In this document: positions 11,581 through 23,935 of the stretch, piece after piece
Position numbering within the stretch: the first letter of the stretch is position 1
Layout: each line of letters starts with the position of its first letter
Assembly: GCA_051530055.1 (NCBI GenBank)
Contig: JBMGUZ010000006.1
Span: 1-64,000 of the forward strand
Reading direction: 5' to 3'
Length of the DNA: 64,000 bases
From: Neoechinorhynchus agilis
Taxonomy: Eukaryota > Animalia > Acanthocephala
The notes under the pieces: generated by a model
What the model saw: the letters and a program-made list of their open reading frames with translations, nothing else
Told to the model about the DNA's origin: nothing
Databases searched by the model: none
Made by a program: the position numbers and the translations under genes

Positions 11581-11774
11581 TAAAATTAACTGAAATGAAT
11601 AATATTATGTCCAAGGCCCCCAATGATAACTTGGTCACCTTTTCATGTCTAAGGAAACAGAGACCCTCCAAATTAACAAATTCTCGTATGAGGTTATCAA
11701 TAATCAGTGAATCGCAAGGCAACATGACCTTAAGTAAATTTTAAAAAGCAGAATTTTACAAATGTCTTGCAAAT

Positions 11775-12640
11775 GAAAATCTAGAAAGAGATGTCGACTT
11801 GAAAATTGGTGGTTCAAATTGGCGGGAAGTTCATGATCTCATTGAAATTGCTATTGATCTCAGGCGTGAAGGAGCACTTCTCAAACTTTGCTTGGCAAAG
11901 TGACGTGGCGTGTTGGAACCACGTGGCAATTGGAAAAACATCGGACCTGGTCTTGAAACTTGGGTCTCAATTTCTCAGTGAGAAAGTTCCAGTTTTGGAG
12001 ACGAATTCCCGCCCATTTTCAGTGGCCGAAAATTTGGCTTCGTCCATCGGACGGCCACCGCCAAAAATTTGAAAATGAGGAAGCTGTGAGTTCTAGCGAA
12101 AAGTACTTGCAGATCAGCTGTCTGAAATTGTTGCGGGAATTTTCGTTGGATTTGTCTTCATTCCTTCTTCAACTGCCACTACAAATTCTTGGTCAAGACA
12201 AAACTTTTCCCTTAGAATTTTTTTCGCCAAGAAAGGCATGACACAGGCAATGAAGATTGTCGCCACGCCTCATCTGAGAGCTGTACATTTAAAATACGCT
12301 AGAGACAAGCCCTCACCTTGTCGTCGAGCTCGGCCAATCCTTCTTTATGTTTGAAGATTGTTGCCAATAACAATTTCGGGAGAAAGAGTGCGTTCTTTAT
12401 CAGAAATAATGCTTCGTGAGCGGAGACAGCGCTGACCCTATCACACAGCAACGATAGTTTCGGTATGATGCGGCCGATCTTAGCTTCCACATTTGAATCA
12501 AATGCGCAACTACCCAGGAGGCTGAGTTGCTCTGGAGTATGAGCTCTATGTCCATTCTCGAGGTCTCCCTAATCAGCGTCTCCAAATCGCACAGTACAAT
12601 GGAGAGATCACCTCCGAGCGTAGCCGAATACCATAATTTG
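11775..12640 (-). mobile_element. Fragment of a second CRE-like non-LTR family; other fragments at ~20215-20645, ~40690-41290, ~49135-50050 (+), ~60850-61430 (+)
   Basis: LLCDRVSAVSAHEALFLIKNALFLPKLL; WLEAVPLASLGTLL.DEVTRIAVSLRLGLPIC..HRCRCG..VD..GRHG.VCQKSGGRFSRHSEIN. Confidence 0.8.
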
Positions 12641-12774
12641 TTCAATGACTTTTGCCTCATGATTCCGAATGTCTCATCTTTACGAAAAATAAAAAACACG
12701 CGTAATCTCGAGGATTTATCGTAATATCTTCTTATACGCGGCAATGCATCTCCCTTATTTTGTGAGCTGTTGGA

Positions 12775-13790
12775 TACATCAACGTTTCGACTGTGCCTCT
12801 TTTTGCCCGATCCATGATAGAGATGTGACCATTTTCCTCTTGCTCAACTGACCATTGAATATCACTACTTCGCTAATGACTGGTCCATACTGGGGGTCTC
12901 CAATGTAAGTTAGGTTTATGGTACATCAACGTTTCGAATGTGCCTCTTTTTGCCCGATCCATGAAAAAGATGTGACCATTTTCCTCTTGCTCAACTGACC
13001 ATTGAATATCACTACTTCGCTAATGACTGGTCTATACTAGGGGTCGTCAAGGTGAGTTAGGTTTATTGTACATCAACGTTTCGAATGTGCCTCTTTTTGC
13101 CCGATCCATGAAAGAGATGTGACCATTTTCCTCTTGCGCAACTGACCATTGAATATCACCACTTACTTCGCTGGTGATTGGTCCATACCAGGGGTCTCCA
13201 ATGTAAGTAAGGTTTATGGTACATCAACGTTTCGAATGTTCCTCTTTTTGCCCGCTCCATGAAAGAGATGTGACCATTTTCCTCTTGCTCAACCTACCAT
13301 TGAATATCACTACTTCGCTAATGACTGGTCCATACTGGGAGTCCCGAAGGTAAGTTAGGTTTATGGTACATCAACGTTTCGACTGTGCTTCTTTTTGCCC
13401 GATCCATGAAAGAGATGTGACCATTTTCCTCTTTCTCGACTGACCATTGAATATCACTACTTCGCTAATGACTGGTCCATACTGGGAGTCCCGAAGGTAA
13501 GTTAGGTTTATGGTACATCAACGTTTCGACTGTGCCTCTTTTTGCCCGATCCATGAAAGAGATGTGACCATTTTTCTCTTTCTCGACTGACCATTGAATA
13601 TCACCACTTACTTCGCTGGTGACTGGTCTATACTGGGGGTCTTCAAGGTGAGTTAGGTTTATTGTACATCAACCTTTCGAATGTGCCTCTTTTGCCCGAT
13701 CTATGAAAAGGGTAGGCCATTTTCCTCTTGCTCAACTGACCATTGAATATCACTACTTACTTCGCTGGTGAATGGTCCATACCGGGGGAT
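12775..13790 (-). repeat. Tandem satellite with 147/151-bp units, ~7 copies; unit derived from PLE RT coding sequence
   Basis: Unit starts (tacatcaac) at 12775, 12922, 13069, 13220, 13367, 13514, 13665. Confidence 0.95.
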
Positions 13791-15304
13791 CGTCATTATG
13801 ATGAAGCTCAATCTCGTGAGCGTGAGTGTGTTAAACTTCCGGTTATTGAGCAGGTAAGCAATATCGATCCTTTCATAATTCCGGGAGTACCACCGGGAAT
13901 AACAGGCTGTTCACCGCCCTTCTCGTCCGTGCTTCTGTAATTACTCCTAATCACCCGCTTACGTTCGAATATGTCCTTCCAAACAACCACAATCTATTTG
14001 TAAATTCACTTTCTAACTTTCGAATAATAAAGGATTCCTTCTCTACAAGTAAGGAAGTCTCAAACATCCCTTCATCTCCTATGATTAAAGCAACATTCAT
14101 TCCCCCGAATATAGCCTGGGATAAGGCAGCACTTGACATTGTAAATAACAACTCACTAAGCTCTCTGCCGCATAAAAATGTGGACTCCCTTTTAACGAAA
14201 GCATAGTCCCAAAAGATGCAATTGATATTCTTAGCGTAACCACTCAAGAAGGCTCTGATCCAGCCTCGTCAAAATGGCATCTCTCCTCACACTCCTCTTT
14301 TGATAAAAAAAGGGCAAACCTTCATAAAAATGAATAATTTCCCAACCAATAGTAATCTAGATTTTTCATTTGTCACTTACAATGCATTTCGTCCCAATCG
14401 CTCCCCAGACTCCTTTTGCCCTTTTTCGCATTCTCAAATCCTGATCATTTATTTTTTCAAGAGACTGGGTCATGTTTACTAGTCAATAACAGTAAATATG
14501 ATTCCTTGCTCTTAAATTTTAGTTCATCACCCAATGGAAACCGCTTGGATTTCTCAAGAGGGTTACAATCCGTTCTAAGCAAAAATCGTGAGGCTAAATT
14601 ACTCTTTCAAACAAAAACTCCAAACTTTGCCAACTTCTCCTATTCGCTTACATTAACCCACGCAAGGTCTCTTTTTTATTAAAACCCAGATGAAAACCCC
14701 CTTTTTGGGACACGGATATAATTATTGCAGACTTTAATAGCAAATATCTTGGGACTTTTTAACAACCATTTACTACACCTACCAAAATTCCCATCCTTTC
14801 ATAATTATACTTACTATTTAGACGGATTTTTCCTAAAGAAAGTTTTACCCATGATCTGTTTCTCATATAATGGTATAAAGATCAAGGATAAAATCAATTT
14901 AAACGGAACATATATTAATCTCTTCATCTATCTCATATCAAAAACTCGGTCATCATCTTCGAAGGTCTCCTGAGAAGTTTTCAATAAAATATTAATTGAC
15001 GCCTCTTCTAGTCATCTCATCACAAAATCTTTTATACCAAGGAAGTTTGCGTCAAAGCAAGCCAATATGTTCTGTAGATCAGCGGCTGTGGCCGATCTGA
15101 ATAACGAACACAGGTTGCGCCGGAGCTTACCGATGAGGATTTTACTATCATTTCCGATGAATACAGTTTCCAGCCAATTAAATATTTTGCCCTTTATACT
15201 CTTTGAATATCGATTCGGACCACACACATATAGATAGCGTGTGCTAGTTGGAAGACGGACTTCGAATAATAAACAAGTTGTTGTTGTTGTATGGCTACCA
15301 CAAC

Positions 15305-15319
15305 TGGCGACGAGAGTGG
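15305..15319 (+). promoter_or_regulatory. Primer-binding site TGGCGACGAG, tRNA-Ser(GCU)-type (mirror at 45563-45572)
   Basis: Directly follows the LTR-like end ...ctaccacaac; matches the known 3' end CUCGUCGCCA of tRNA-Ser(GCU). Confidence 0.7.
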
Positions 15320-15594
15320 TTTATTAAGAACAATTCTCCAATAACAGCAACAATTATTAGAACAGTTGCTTCCGGACGTAAGCAAGTTTGAGCTACGCCT
15401 TAAGCTTGAGTATACGCTGTAAGAATATAGTCAATCTAAAGTAAGCAGTATCCTAACCAATTTAAGCAACTTGTCCACTCTACTTAATGATAATGTAATT
15501 TATATCATGTAAGTGAATAGAACTGAATATTGTAAAATATGGTGAAATAAATGAGTCTCTAGCCAATTCGAACACGACTGCCAGGAAGGATAAT

Positions 15595-16395
15595 GTGCGA
15601 GCAACGGGATTCCGGCGCTTTCTTGAGGAAAAAGAAAGTCGGCGAAGCTACAAACAACAAATCGGGTTCCACTTTGCTGCTCAAAATGTTACCGATCGAC
15701 TAATGATGAGAAACATGTTCCTATCATGGATTGGGCCCTCGGCATACCAACTACTGTCAAGTCTAAATACGGGAAAAGATGTCAACCATTATGATTACCA
15801 TGAATTAATAGAATTGCTGGATACCCATCACTCACGCCCAATCCATATCGTCGCTGCGCGTTTCGCATTTAGTCAATACGAAATGAAAAATGGTCAATCT
15901 TATGCATCATGGATTGTAGACCTACGAGAAGAAGCTGGATTGTGTCAATTTTTCAATAAATCCATCAATTCGGAAAAAGATGCGATCGAAGACCAGATCA
16001 GAGACCAGATAGCGATTGGAACGCCACACGATGAGGTGAGGAACAAAATTTTGCAAATGGCAGCACCTTCTTTGAGCGGCGTGATGAAGATTTGTGAAAC
16101 GTTTGAAATGATAAAGAATACGTCGTGGAGGAAGCAGTATGTAGGTCAAGAACTTCCGAATGATTCGTACACAGCAAAATATATGCAAGACGGAAAGTTT
16201 TTTGAAATTGACATGATTCGAAAACGGCATAATACACGTGATCAGAGGGAGAAAAGACCTAAACAACGCTGTAAAAGATGTGGAATAGAGCACGAAATAT
16301 CAGTGTCCAGCAAAGAACAAGAGTTGTTTCAAACGCTAAAGGACGGGTCATTTCAGATCGTGTTGCCGATCAAGGTACCCAGTAGATCAAATTGA
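15595..16395 (+). CDS. gag: Gypsy gag, frameshifted within the zinc-knuckle region
   Basis: FLSWIGPSAYQLLSSL, ARFAF..Y..K.GQS, IRDQI..G, CKRCG..H; the second knuckle (CFKR*RTGHFRSCC) lies in the protease frame. Confidence 0.85.
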   Translation: MRATGFRRFLEEKESRRSYKQQIGFHFAAQNVTDRLMMRNMFLSWIGPSAYQLLSSLNTGKDVNHYDYHELIELLDTHHSRPIHIVAARFAFSQYEMKNGQSYASWIVDLREEAGLCQFFNKSINSEKDAIEDQIRDQIAIGTPHDEVRNKILQMAAPSLSGVMKICETFEMIKNTSWRKQYVGQELPNDSYTAKYMQDGKFFEIDMIRKRHNTRDQREKRPKQRCKRCGIEHEISVSSKEQELFQTLKDGSFQIVLPIKVPSRSN

Positions 16396-16411
16396 AGAAC
16401 TAAATAAGATA

Positions 16412-16987
16412 ATGGATGCAAACCACACAACGATAGTGGAGAATCAGATTCCAAGAATAGATGTCCAAATAAATGGGATACAAATAACGATGGAGTATGA
16501 TACTGGTGCCAGTGTATCGGTGTTGACTATGACATATTGGCGTAGAATAGGCCAGCCAACTTTGAATGCTGCCAAACCCCTCAAGGCGTATGGTGGCAAA
16601 CGGTTAGTAACCCTGGGAAAATGCAATATCAATGCGAGTTTGGGAGAAAGACAAAAGCAGTTAGAAGTCATGGTGGTACGAAACGGGAAGTATAGTCTAT
16701 TTGGGCGTCCTTGGATAGACGTTTTCGAAGTTCCTTGGCCTGATGTCGTATGCCACAGGCTTGATAGCCAGCAAACAGAATCAGATATCGATTCGGTCGT
16801 TACCTCAATCGATCAGCTACTATTGAAGAATAAGTCGATTTTCGATGAATCGAATACTCCTGTCAATAATACCGAAATATCACTAGCAATAGCACCCAAT
16901 GCCACACCGAGAAGATGTGCAAGTCGAAGAATTCCACTGACATTGAAGAACAAAGTAGAAAACGAGTTGATAAGGCAGTTAGAATGA
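16412..16987 (+). CDS. pol: Gypsy aspartic protease region
   Basis: INGIQITMEYDTGASVS...LFGRPW. Confidence 0.85.
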   Translation: MDANHTTIVENQIPRIDVQINGIQITMEYDTGASVSVLTMTYWRRIGQPTLNAAKPLKAYGGKRLVTLGKCNINASLGERQKQLEVMVVRNGKYSLFGRPWIDVFEVPWPDVVCHRLDSQQTESDIDSVVTSIDQLLLKNKSIFDESNTPVNNTEISLAIAPNATPRRCASRRIPLTLKNKVENELIRQLE

Positions 16988-17028
16988 GATGTGCTGGAGA
17001 AAGTGGATCTACGTAAAGACTCTATCGA

Positions 17029-18141
17029 TTGGGCTGCGCCGATTGTGATTGCAAGGAAACCAGTGGTGATATCAGGATATGCGGAGACTTTAGAGTAACA
17101 ATTAATCCACATCTAACAATCGATAACTACGCCATTCCTACATGGGAAGAGATCGTCAACCAAATAGCGGGAGGTGAGCAGTATTCAAGGCTCGATTTGA
17201 AAGATGCTTATCTACAACAACCTGTCAACGCGGACTCTAGGAAATACTTGACAATCTCGACCCATCGAGGATTTTTCCGATACAAACGACTGCCATTTGG
17301 AATCAGCTCAGCTCCTGCAGTTTTTCAACTTAGTGAGTGGTTGGCCCCTCCGGAACTACATAAATATTCGTCTCGCAGACAAGAGCTTTCAGTAGAGGAC
17401 GGAGTCATCCTATGGTTGCAACGCCTTATAATCGCCCAGGCATTGAGGAATAAAGCACTTGATGTCTTACATACTGGACACCCCGGGATAACAACAATGA
17501 AAGACCTAGAAAGGTATTATTGTTGGTGGCCATCCATACGAGAGGACATCGAGCACAAGTTGGGAACGTGCGTGAACTGGCAGAGCAGGAGAGCAGATGC
17601 AGCAGAAACTCCGATGTACCAATGGGATGTGCCAGAGGAACCGTGGACCCAAATCCATTTGGATTTTGCGGGATCAATCAATGGACAATCGTTTCTAGTG
17701 CTTATAGACACGTATAGCCACTGGCCGGAGATTTTTCCAATACACTCAACATCTGCATTCGAAACCATCGACAAATTAAGATCCGTTTTTGCACGATTCG
17801 GTGTCCCAGCCGAAATCATATCTGACAATGGCCCACCCTTTCAGTCCGCGCAATTTAAACAGCTTTGTTCAACAAATCGGATAAGGCATATCCGTTCATC
17901 TCCCTACCATCCTCAAACCAACGGTTTGGTAGAGAGATTCATCAGAACCTTCAAGAGACGAGTACACATCAAAAACGACTGGTACAAAAATATGCTCTCA
18001 ATTCACCAATTTCTTTTAACTTACCGGAATACACCACACAAAACTAGCCAAAAAGCACCAGCTGAGACATTACTTGGACGGCGGTTGAAGACCGTATTTG
18101 ATCGTATACGTCCGAATTTACGATCGACTATAAGCTTTTAG
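17029..18141 (+). CDS. pol: Gypsy RT N-terminus fused in frame to integrase (RT catalytic motif and RNase H deleted)
   Basis: RICGDFR..IN, LDLKDAY.Q, RLPFGISSAPAVFQ joined to LSEWLAPPEL...ELSVEDG; integrase core follows. Confidence 0.85.
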   Translation: MGCADCDCKETSGDIRICGDFRVTINPHLTIDNYAIPTWEEIVNQIAGGEQYSRLDLKDAYLQQPVNADSRKYLTISTHRGFFRYKRLPFGISSAPAVFQLSEWLAPPELHKYSSRRQELSVEDGVILWLQRLIIAQALRNKALDVLHTGHPGITTMKDLERYYCWWPSIREDIEHKLGTCVNWQSRRADAAETPMYQWDVPEEPWTQIHLDFAGSINGQSFLVLIDTYSHWPEIFPIHSTSAFETIDKLRSVFARFGVPAEIISDNGPPFQSAQFKQLCSTNRIRHIRSSPYHPQTNGLVERFIRTFKRRVHIKNDWYKNMLSIHQFLLTYRNTPHKTSQKAPAETLLGRRLKTVFDRIRPNLRSTISF

Positions 18142-20639
18142 ACATATTAGAATATATTGAAAAGATAGTTCATCGTTGTTTTCTTCGAGTGGAGAAAGTA
18201 ATTAAATTTAATATCGAAATATTAAATTTAATTAAATTTAATTAATATTAGAATATTTCACAACGGAACACCAAAGCTTGAAAGGCTGTTTCTACGGTCG
18301 TTGGACAGCATTTTATTAAAAACGATAGAGACTTCTTATTCGAAGAAGGAAATGATGGATGAGCAATAGAAAGCTCAGGAAAATATTATTGCTACCATCA
18401 AAATTCGAATTCGATGCCCTAAAGTGTTGAATGGAGGTTTAGAGCATCGTCGTATCCGAATTTATTGGCAATACTTTAAGTGATTTAATGATCAAGAATT
18501 ACCAAACGATCCGGTCATCTTTAAAAAATAATTTAAATGAAACATTTTTCTTACAAAATGTAAATAGTTTTTATTCGACGTTTTTTAGGTTGACTATGGT
18601 ATAAAATACTTGAAATATTACAATATTGTTTGTGTAACTTTAAAAGACTGTAAAAATTATACGATCACAATTATAGTTGCAAATGATTAAAAGGTATAAA
18701 ATGATAAATTAAGATGTAGAACAAAGTAATTCTAATTTACAGCTTTGTCGTGCTTTGAGAATGGCGTTGCCTCTGCATAACAAAACGTGCGCGGAAGGTC
18801 AAGTAATTTAAAAATTAAATTTTTGAAGAACCGTTAGAAAATGTTGTGTCCCTTTATCAACGATATTGCAATTATTTTATTTCTTTGAAGTCTGGTCCGC
18901 CGGTAACTTTTATCCAGTTTTTACGTGGTTCCTTTTTACGGTTTATATCGGTGGGCTGCGCGCCCAAGGAAAATTATCAGTCGTCAAAAAAGGCTACACA
19001 TAGATATTTTATTTTATATTTGGCACTGATTTTGATCACGGCTGTTTAAAAAGAAACTCAAATCAGCAGATGAATTAATTTACTCTTTAAAATATTTTCA
19101 ATTTTCTATGGTATTTATCATAAGCACTTGCTTTGAATAACTACAGTCGTAGAGATCAATAAATCGTTGTTTTACAATCTTGTTTTACTTTATTCGATTA
19201 GAAAATAGTTTTACGCGGCCAAGTTTAATTCGACAAAATAGAATTTCCAAATCTGACGTTTGATTTGAAGAATGCTTCCCTTCATTGGATCTTATATGAA
19301 GCAGAATTGCAGATAAATATAAATCCATATTGCATCTTTGTTCAGTGAATAAACCGACTGATCGCTCAAAACGGTTATGGGATCGGGAAATCGAGAAGTT
19401 TCAACGACCAACAGAATCAGCTGGTGGAAGTTTGAGAAAGAGGGAAATGAATAGTGATGCCTTAACGGTCCTCAGGATCCCGTTCGTTAGAGAAAAATCC
19501 AAGAGCGACATCAGGAGGCTCAAAAAGAGACAGGTTTTGAGATTCGATCAGCTCACAGGAGCCCTCCGGTATTACTCCGTATTCTAACAAGGAATACGGA
19601 CAACGCAAAAAGCATCCGGCAAGCAATGTCCAAAGACGATTGACGCCGAAAAGTTCACTTTGCACGAGGAGTAATGCCAACTATTAAACTAAATGTGTTC
19701 AGTGCGCACAAGAACAGATTCGAGTCGTCTACATTGAGAAGATGGACGTATTTGTGAACAGTTTCGTAATGCTTTACCTAAAGAATGCCACTTCCTTTTC
19801 AGTTGGTTTCGCTGCTCAGTACCTTCAAGATGCATTAACCCGCTTGGTCGATGAACAGTGAGAGTGAGGGCTCAAATTCTAGATCAGAAATCAATGGGAC
19901 ACGATCTTATTTTATTTGAATTTGGACGGTTCGTTCTAAGGACTAAAGTGGTTTTCTATGACAAGACTATCATTAATTTCAAACAATCAAATAAAATCTA
20001 ATCTGTATAAAATTAACTGAAATGAATAATATTATCTCCAAGGCCGCCAATGATAACTTGGTCACCTTTTCACATCTAAGGACACAGATACCCTCCATAT
20101 TAACAAATTCTCGTATGAGATTATCAATAATCAGTGAATCGCAAGGCATCATGACCTTAAGTAAATTTTAAAAAGCAGAATTTTACAAATGTCTTGCAAA
20201 TGAAAATCTAGAAAGAGATGTCGACAAAGATTAGTGGGTTCCAAGATGTTGGGTAAGTTCGCCGTTCTTAACGCCGAAGAAATTACGCTATTGATCTCAG
20301 AATGGCGTGAGAACCTTCCTCCTGACTTTTGGCAAACGAAACCGTGTCGCCCAAAAGCATCAACCAAAGACCCACATCGAAAGCGATGGGGCGTGCATAT
20401 CGGGAGACCAAGTCTTAAGGAAACTGCGATCCTCGTTACCTCATCAGTGAGAAGAGTTCCCAGGGATGCCAGAGGAGCAGACTCCAACCACGACCCCGAT
20501 TTTCGTGTCGAAATTGCCGACAATCTATCTCGGACGACCCCATCGCGAAAACCTGAAAGTAGAGAGCTGTTCTCGCGGCGTTAGGTCCTTCCCAGATCGA
20601 CTGTCTGATGCCATTCCCGGGAACATAGCGCCTCCATGC

Positions 20640-21150
20640 TGGCAGCGAGAGCGGGGACCCTTGTGGAACTCCTTTAGTTTGATGATAAATCTTGTTAGAT
20701 GTGTTATCTTGATAAAAAATTGCTTAGGCTTCATAGTGTTGTTCACTCGTGCAACTAGGTTATAAGGGAAGTGAAAACAACGAAGGATCTTTATTATAAA
20801 AGCGATATCAATGTTATCAAAAGCCTTAGAGATTTCGAGGGAAATTAAAATGTTCATTGACTTCTGATTCGAATTAAAATTAGTGATAATTTCAGACAAA
20901 ACCGTCTGAACGGATTTATGGGGTGAAAAGCGTGGCATTCGTGGTCGATGCAATTAGTGCCCGTTCGTAGATTGAAACCAGTGAGTTCTGAATTGATATG
21001 GTACGAACATCTCTAACGGCTACAACCTTTTTCCTTTCTTTTTGATGAGAAAAATACGCTTCGAGAGGTTCATATGAGCCCATTCGTCAGGAGACGCACT
21101 GACCATAGCTTTAGCGATATCGGCGATGTTGGCCTTGTCGAGTACATTCA
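20640..21150 (-). mobile_element. Non-LTR RT relic (motifs ~1-4, clade uncertain), downstream of a gag-like relic; related pieces at ~35440-35950, ~42270-42690 (+), ~57390-57700 (+)
   Basis: PDEW...LIKEKGK...RTISIQNSLVSIYERAL, then FSPHKSVQ...LISLEISKAFDNID...FHFP...KG. Confidence 0.7.
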
Positions 21151-23935
21151 TCGAAGCAATTAATTTGCCTAACTATAGTTAGGAGTCTACACCCGGTAAA
21201 TGAGTATTTATTAAAGACATTTCGAAGCTCGTAACTCTACGAGCCTTGCTTCCAATGGCCAGAGGTGTTTGAGCCCAATGTCCCCATTTTTGACACTCCG
21301 AGGAATCAGTTTCCCACGTAGTAAAGACTTTAAGAAGAATAACAGCTTACATCCGAACTTCTCGAAAGCGACCCTGTCTTCATTATCTATTTCCGGTGAG
21401 AGGTCGGAAACGATGAACGTAGATGTATAGCTTGAATCCGTGTATTGTAGGCTAGCATCTTCCTTAAATCTAGTGAGGAAACTCCTGAATTGTTTCTTAA
21501 ATATATTGGAGATGAAGTGAATTTTCAAAACTCAACCATTAAGCGAAATTGACTTAATATGATTGTAATCGTCTTTGAGTGATTTGAGCTACGGCGCTTC
21601 GTAAGCCTTGTTAAGGGATTCCCTGGGTTGAACGGGTAGTCTTGTTATTGAGATCGAAAATGGCTTTTTTTAACTTGGTATCGAGGTACTGTGAATCGCT
21701 TGAATTCGCACGATGTTGAGGTTTTCGTTGTATGTTCCCGAGGTGTTCATGGCTCACTCCATGAATGAAAATCCACCCATGTCTTCGTCCATATCCATTG
21801 ATTCCGTCACTTAGTCGTCTTAACGAGTTTAATTCATTGTTTTAACATTATTTTCTGGTCGACATGAAAAAATACAAAATTAATGATTTGTTATTGATTT
21901 GGTTTCGATTTGTAGAGGGAACATAACGCGTTTTATTAATAATGCGTTCAAATGGGCATAAATTTTTGTTCATTGGTACACTCGAAAGTGTTCGACCGGT
22001 TGAGATAATGTATTTTTTAACAGCAATAAATAACCTTAGCACTAAATTGTTAAGACCTTTAGAGTTTGTTGAAGTAACAAAGATAAATGAAGCGTTAATG
22101 TAATCTTTCTGGCGAAAAGCTAAAGTTATAAAACCTTTTGCAAAAACGTCGAATTGGTTTTTGGAAATAATAATTCATTTCCTTCAGGATGTCGATGCTT
22201 CGCGGTCACATTGACACCTTCAATGTCCGTTTTCATCCCGAATTGTGGAATTGAAACAAACAGAAATCTTCATCGATGGATACAAAAAATTTTCTTTAAT
22301 TTTTTTCGGTGCCCTCTGAAGTGTCCGAGCGGACACTGTACTCGTCATTGGGCTTTGGCCTGAGGCCGCAACTTACTGTAAATTGTTTCGAGATAGAAGT
22401 GAAAGTTAGAAAGCTGTTTTTCGCAGTGAGAGTTCGTTAGCGAAAATCGATACTCTTTTGATGTTCTTTGAAAAGTGAGCCTTACCTTAACTCACGGAGA
22501 AAAACTTCTTGCGCTCTTCGCTATCTATGAACTCGTCAATAAACACCTTACCTTGAAAGTTGCGATGAATCCAACAGAGCTTAAAAGACTAAAATTATAA
22601 TTAATTTTTACCTTCCAATACAAGTATATTTGAATCTTTTCTAAAAACCAAAGTGAGATAAATATAAAAGTCGTTAAAATAAATCGTGTATTCAAAAATT
22701 AACTTCATTGAAATCGAGTCAAGAGTTTCCACCGCAAACTCTACTTAGTATACAACGCCTATGCTTTTTCGAGGCAATAAAAAGCATTAACGAAATTCTT
22801 CAAGTCATTTCAAGCCAATGGTCTTCTTTCAGGAAAAATAACTACAAGACCGCTTTTTTAGACATATCATAATATTTCATAGCGAAACACGAAAGCTTGA
22901 AAATCTTTTTAAACGGTCGTGGGACAGCATTTTATTAAAAATCGATAGAGACTTCTTGTTCGAAGAATGAAAGGATGGATGAGCAATAGAAAGCTCAGGA
23001 AAATATTATTGCTACCATCAAAATTCGCATTCGATGCCCTAAAGTGTTGAATGGAGGTTTCGAGCATCGTCGCATCCGAATTTAATGGCAATACTTAAAG
23101 TGATTTAATGATCAAGAATTACCAAACGATCCGGTCATCTTTAAAAAATAATTTATATTAAATAGTTTTTATTCGACGTTTTTTAGGTTGACCATGGTAT
23201 AAAATATTTGAAATATTACAATATTGTTTGTGTAACTTTAAAAGACTGTAAAAATTATACGATCACAATTATAGTTGCAAATGATTAAAAGGTATCAAAT
23301 GATAAATTAAGATGTAGAACAAAGTAATTCTAATTTCCAGCTTTGTCGTGCTTTGAGAACGGCGTTGCCTCTGCATAACAAAACGTGCGCGGAAGGTCAA
23401 ATAATTCCAAAATTAAATTTTTGTAGAACCGATGGAAAATCTTGTGTCCCCTTATCAAAGATATTGCAATTATTTTATTTTTTGAAGTCTGGTACGCCGG
23501 TAACTTTTATTCAGTATCTACGTTGGGCCATTTTACGGTTTATATCGGTGGGCTGCGTGCCCAAGGAAAATTATCAGCCGTGAAAAAGGCTACACATAGA
23601 TATTTTATTTTATATTTGGCACTGATTTTGATCACGGCTGTTTAAAATGAAACTCAAATCAACAGATGAATTGATTTACTTTTTAAAATATTTTCAATTT
23701 TCCATGGTATTATTCATAAGCACTTACTTTGAATAACTGCACTCGTAGAGATCAATAAATCGTTGTTTTACAATCTTGTTTTACTTTATTCGATTAGAAA
23801 ATAGTTTTACGCGGCCAAGTTTAATTCGACAATTTGATGTTTGATTTAAAGAATGCTTGCCTTCACTGGATCTTATGTCAAGCAGAATTGCAGATGAATG
23901 TAAATTCATATGTACTATATCGATTTATTTTTTCT

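Larger units (their letters stand above)
8200..17560 (+). repeat. Left arm of a large inverted repeat (right arm ~43319-53650)
   Basis: Mirrored ORFs with constant coordinate sums: 61835 for 8513-9358/52477-53322 and 60877 for gag 15595-16395/44482-45282; the offset change matches the satellite expansion. Confidence 0.95.
15215..18141 (+). mobile_element. Ty3/Gypsy (Mag-like) LTR retrotransposon, internally deleted, 3' LTR missing
   Basis: LTR-like end with AATAAA, PBS, gag, protease (DTGASVS), RT start fused to integrase (H..HPG, IHLDFAG, IISDNGPPF, PYHPQTNGLVERF). Confidence 0.9.

Noticed and set aside
21168-21183. Perfect 16-bp palindrome cctaactatagttagg (also at 35971 and 57355)
   Set aside because: One ancestral site copied by duplication; no evidence of function
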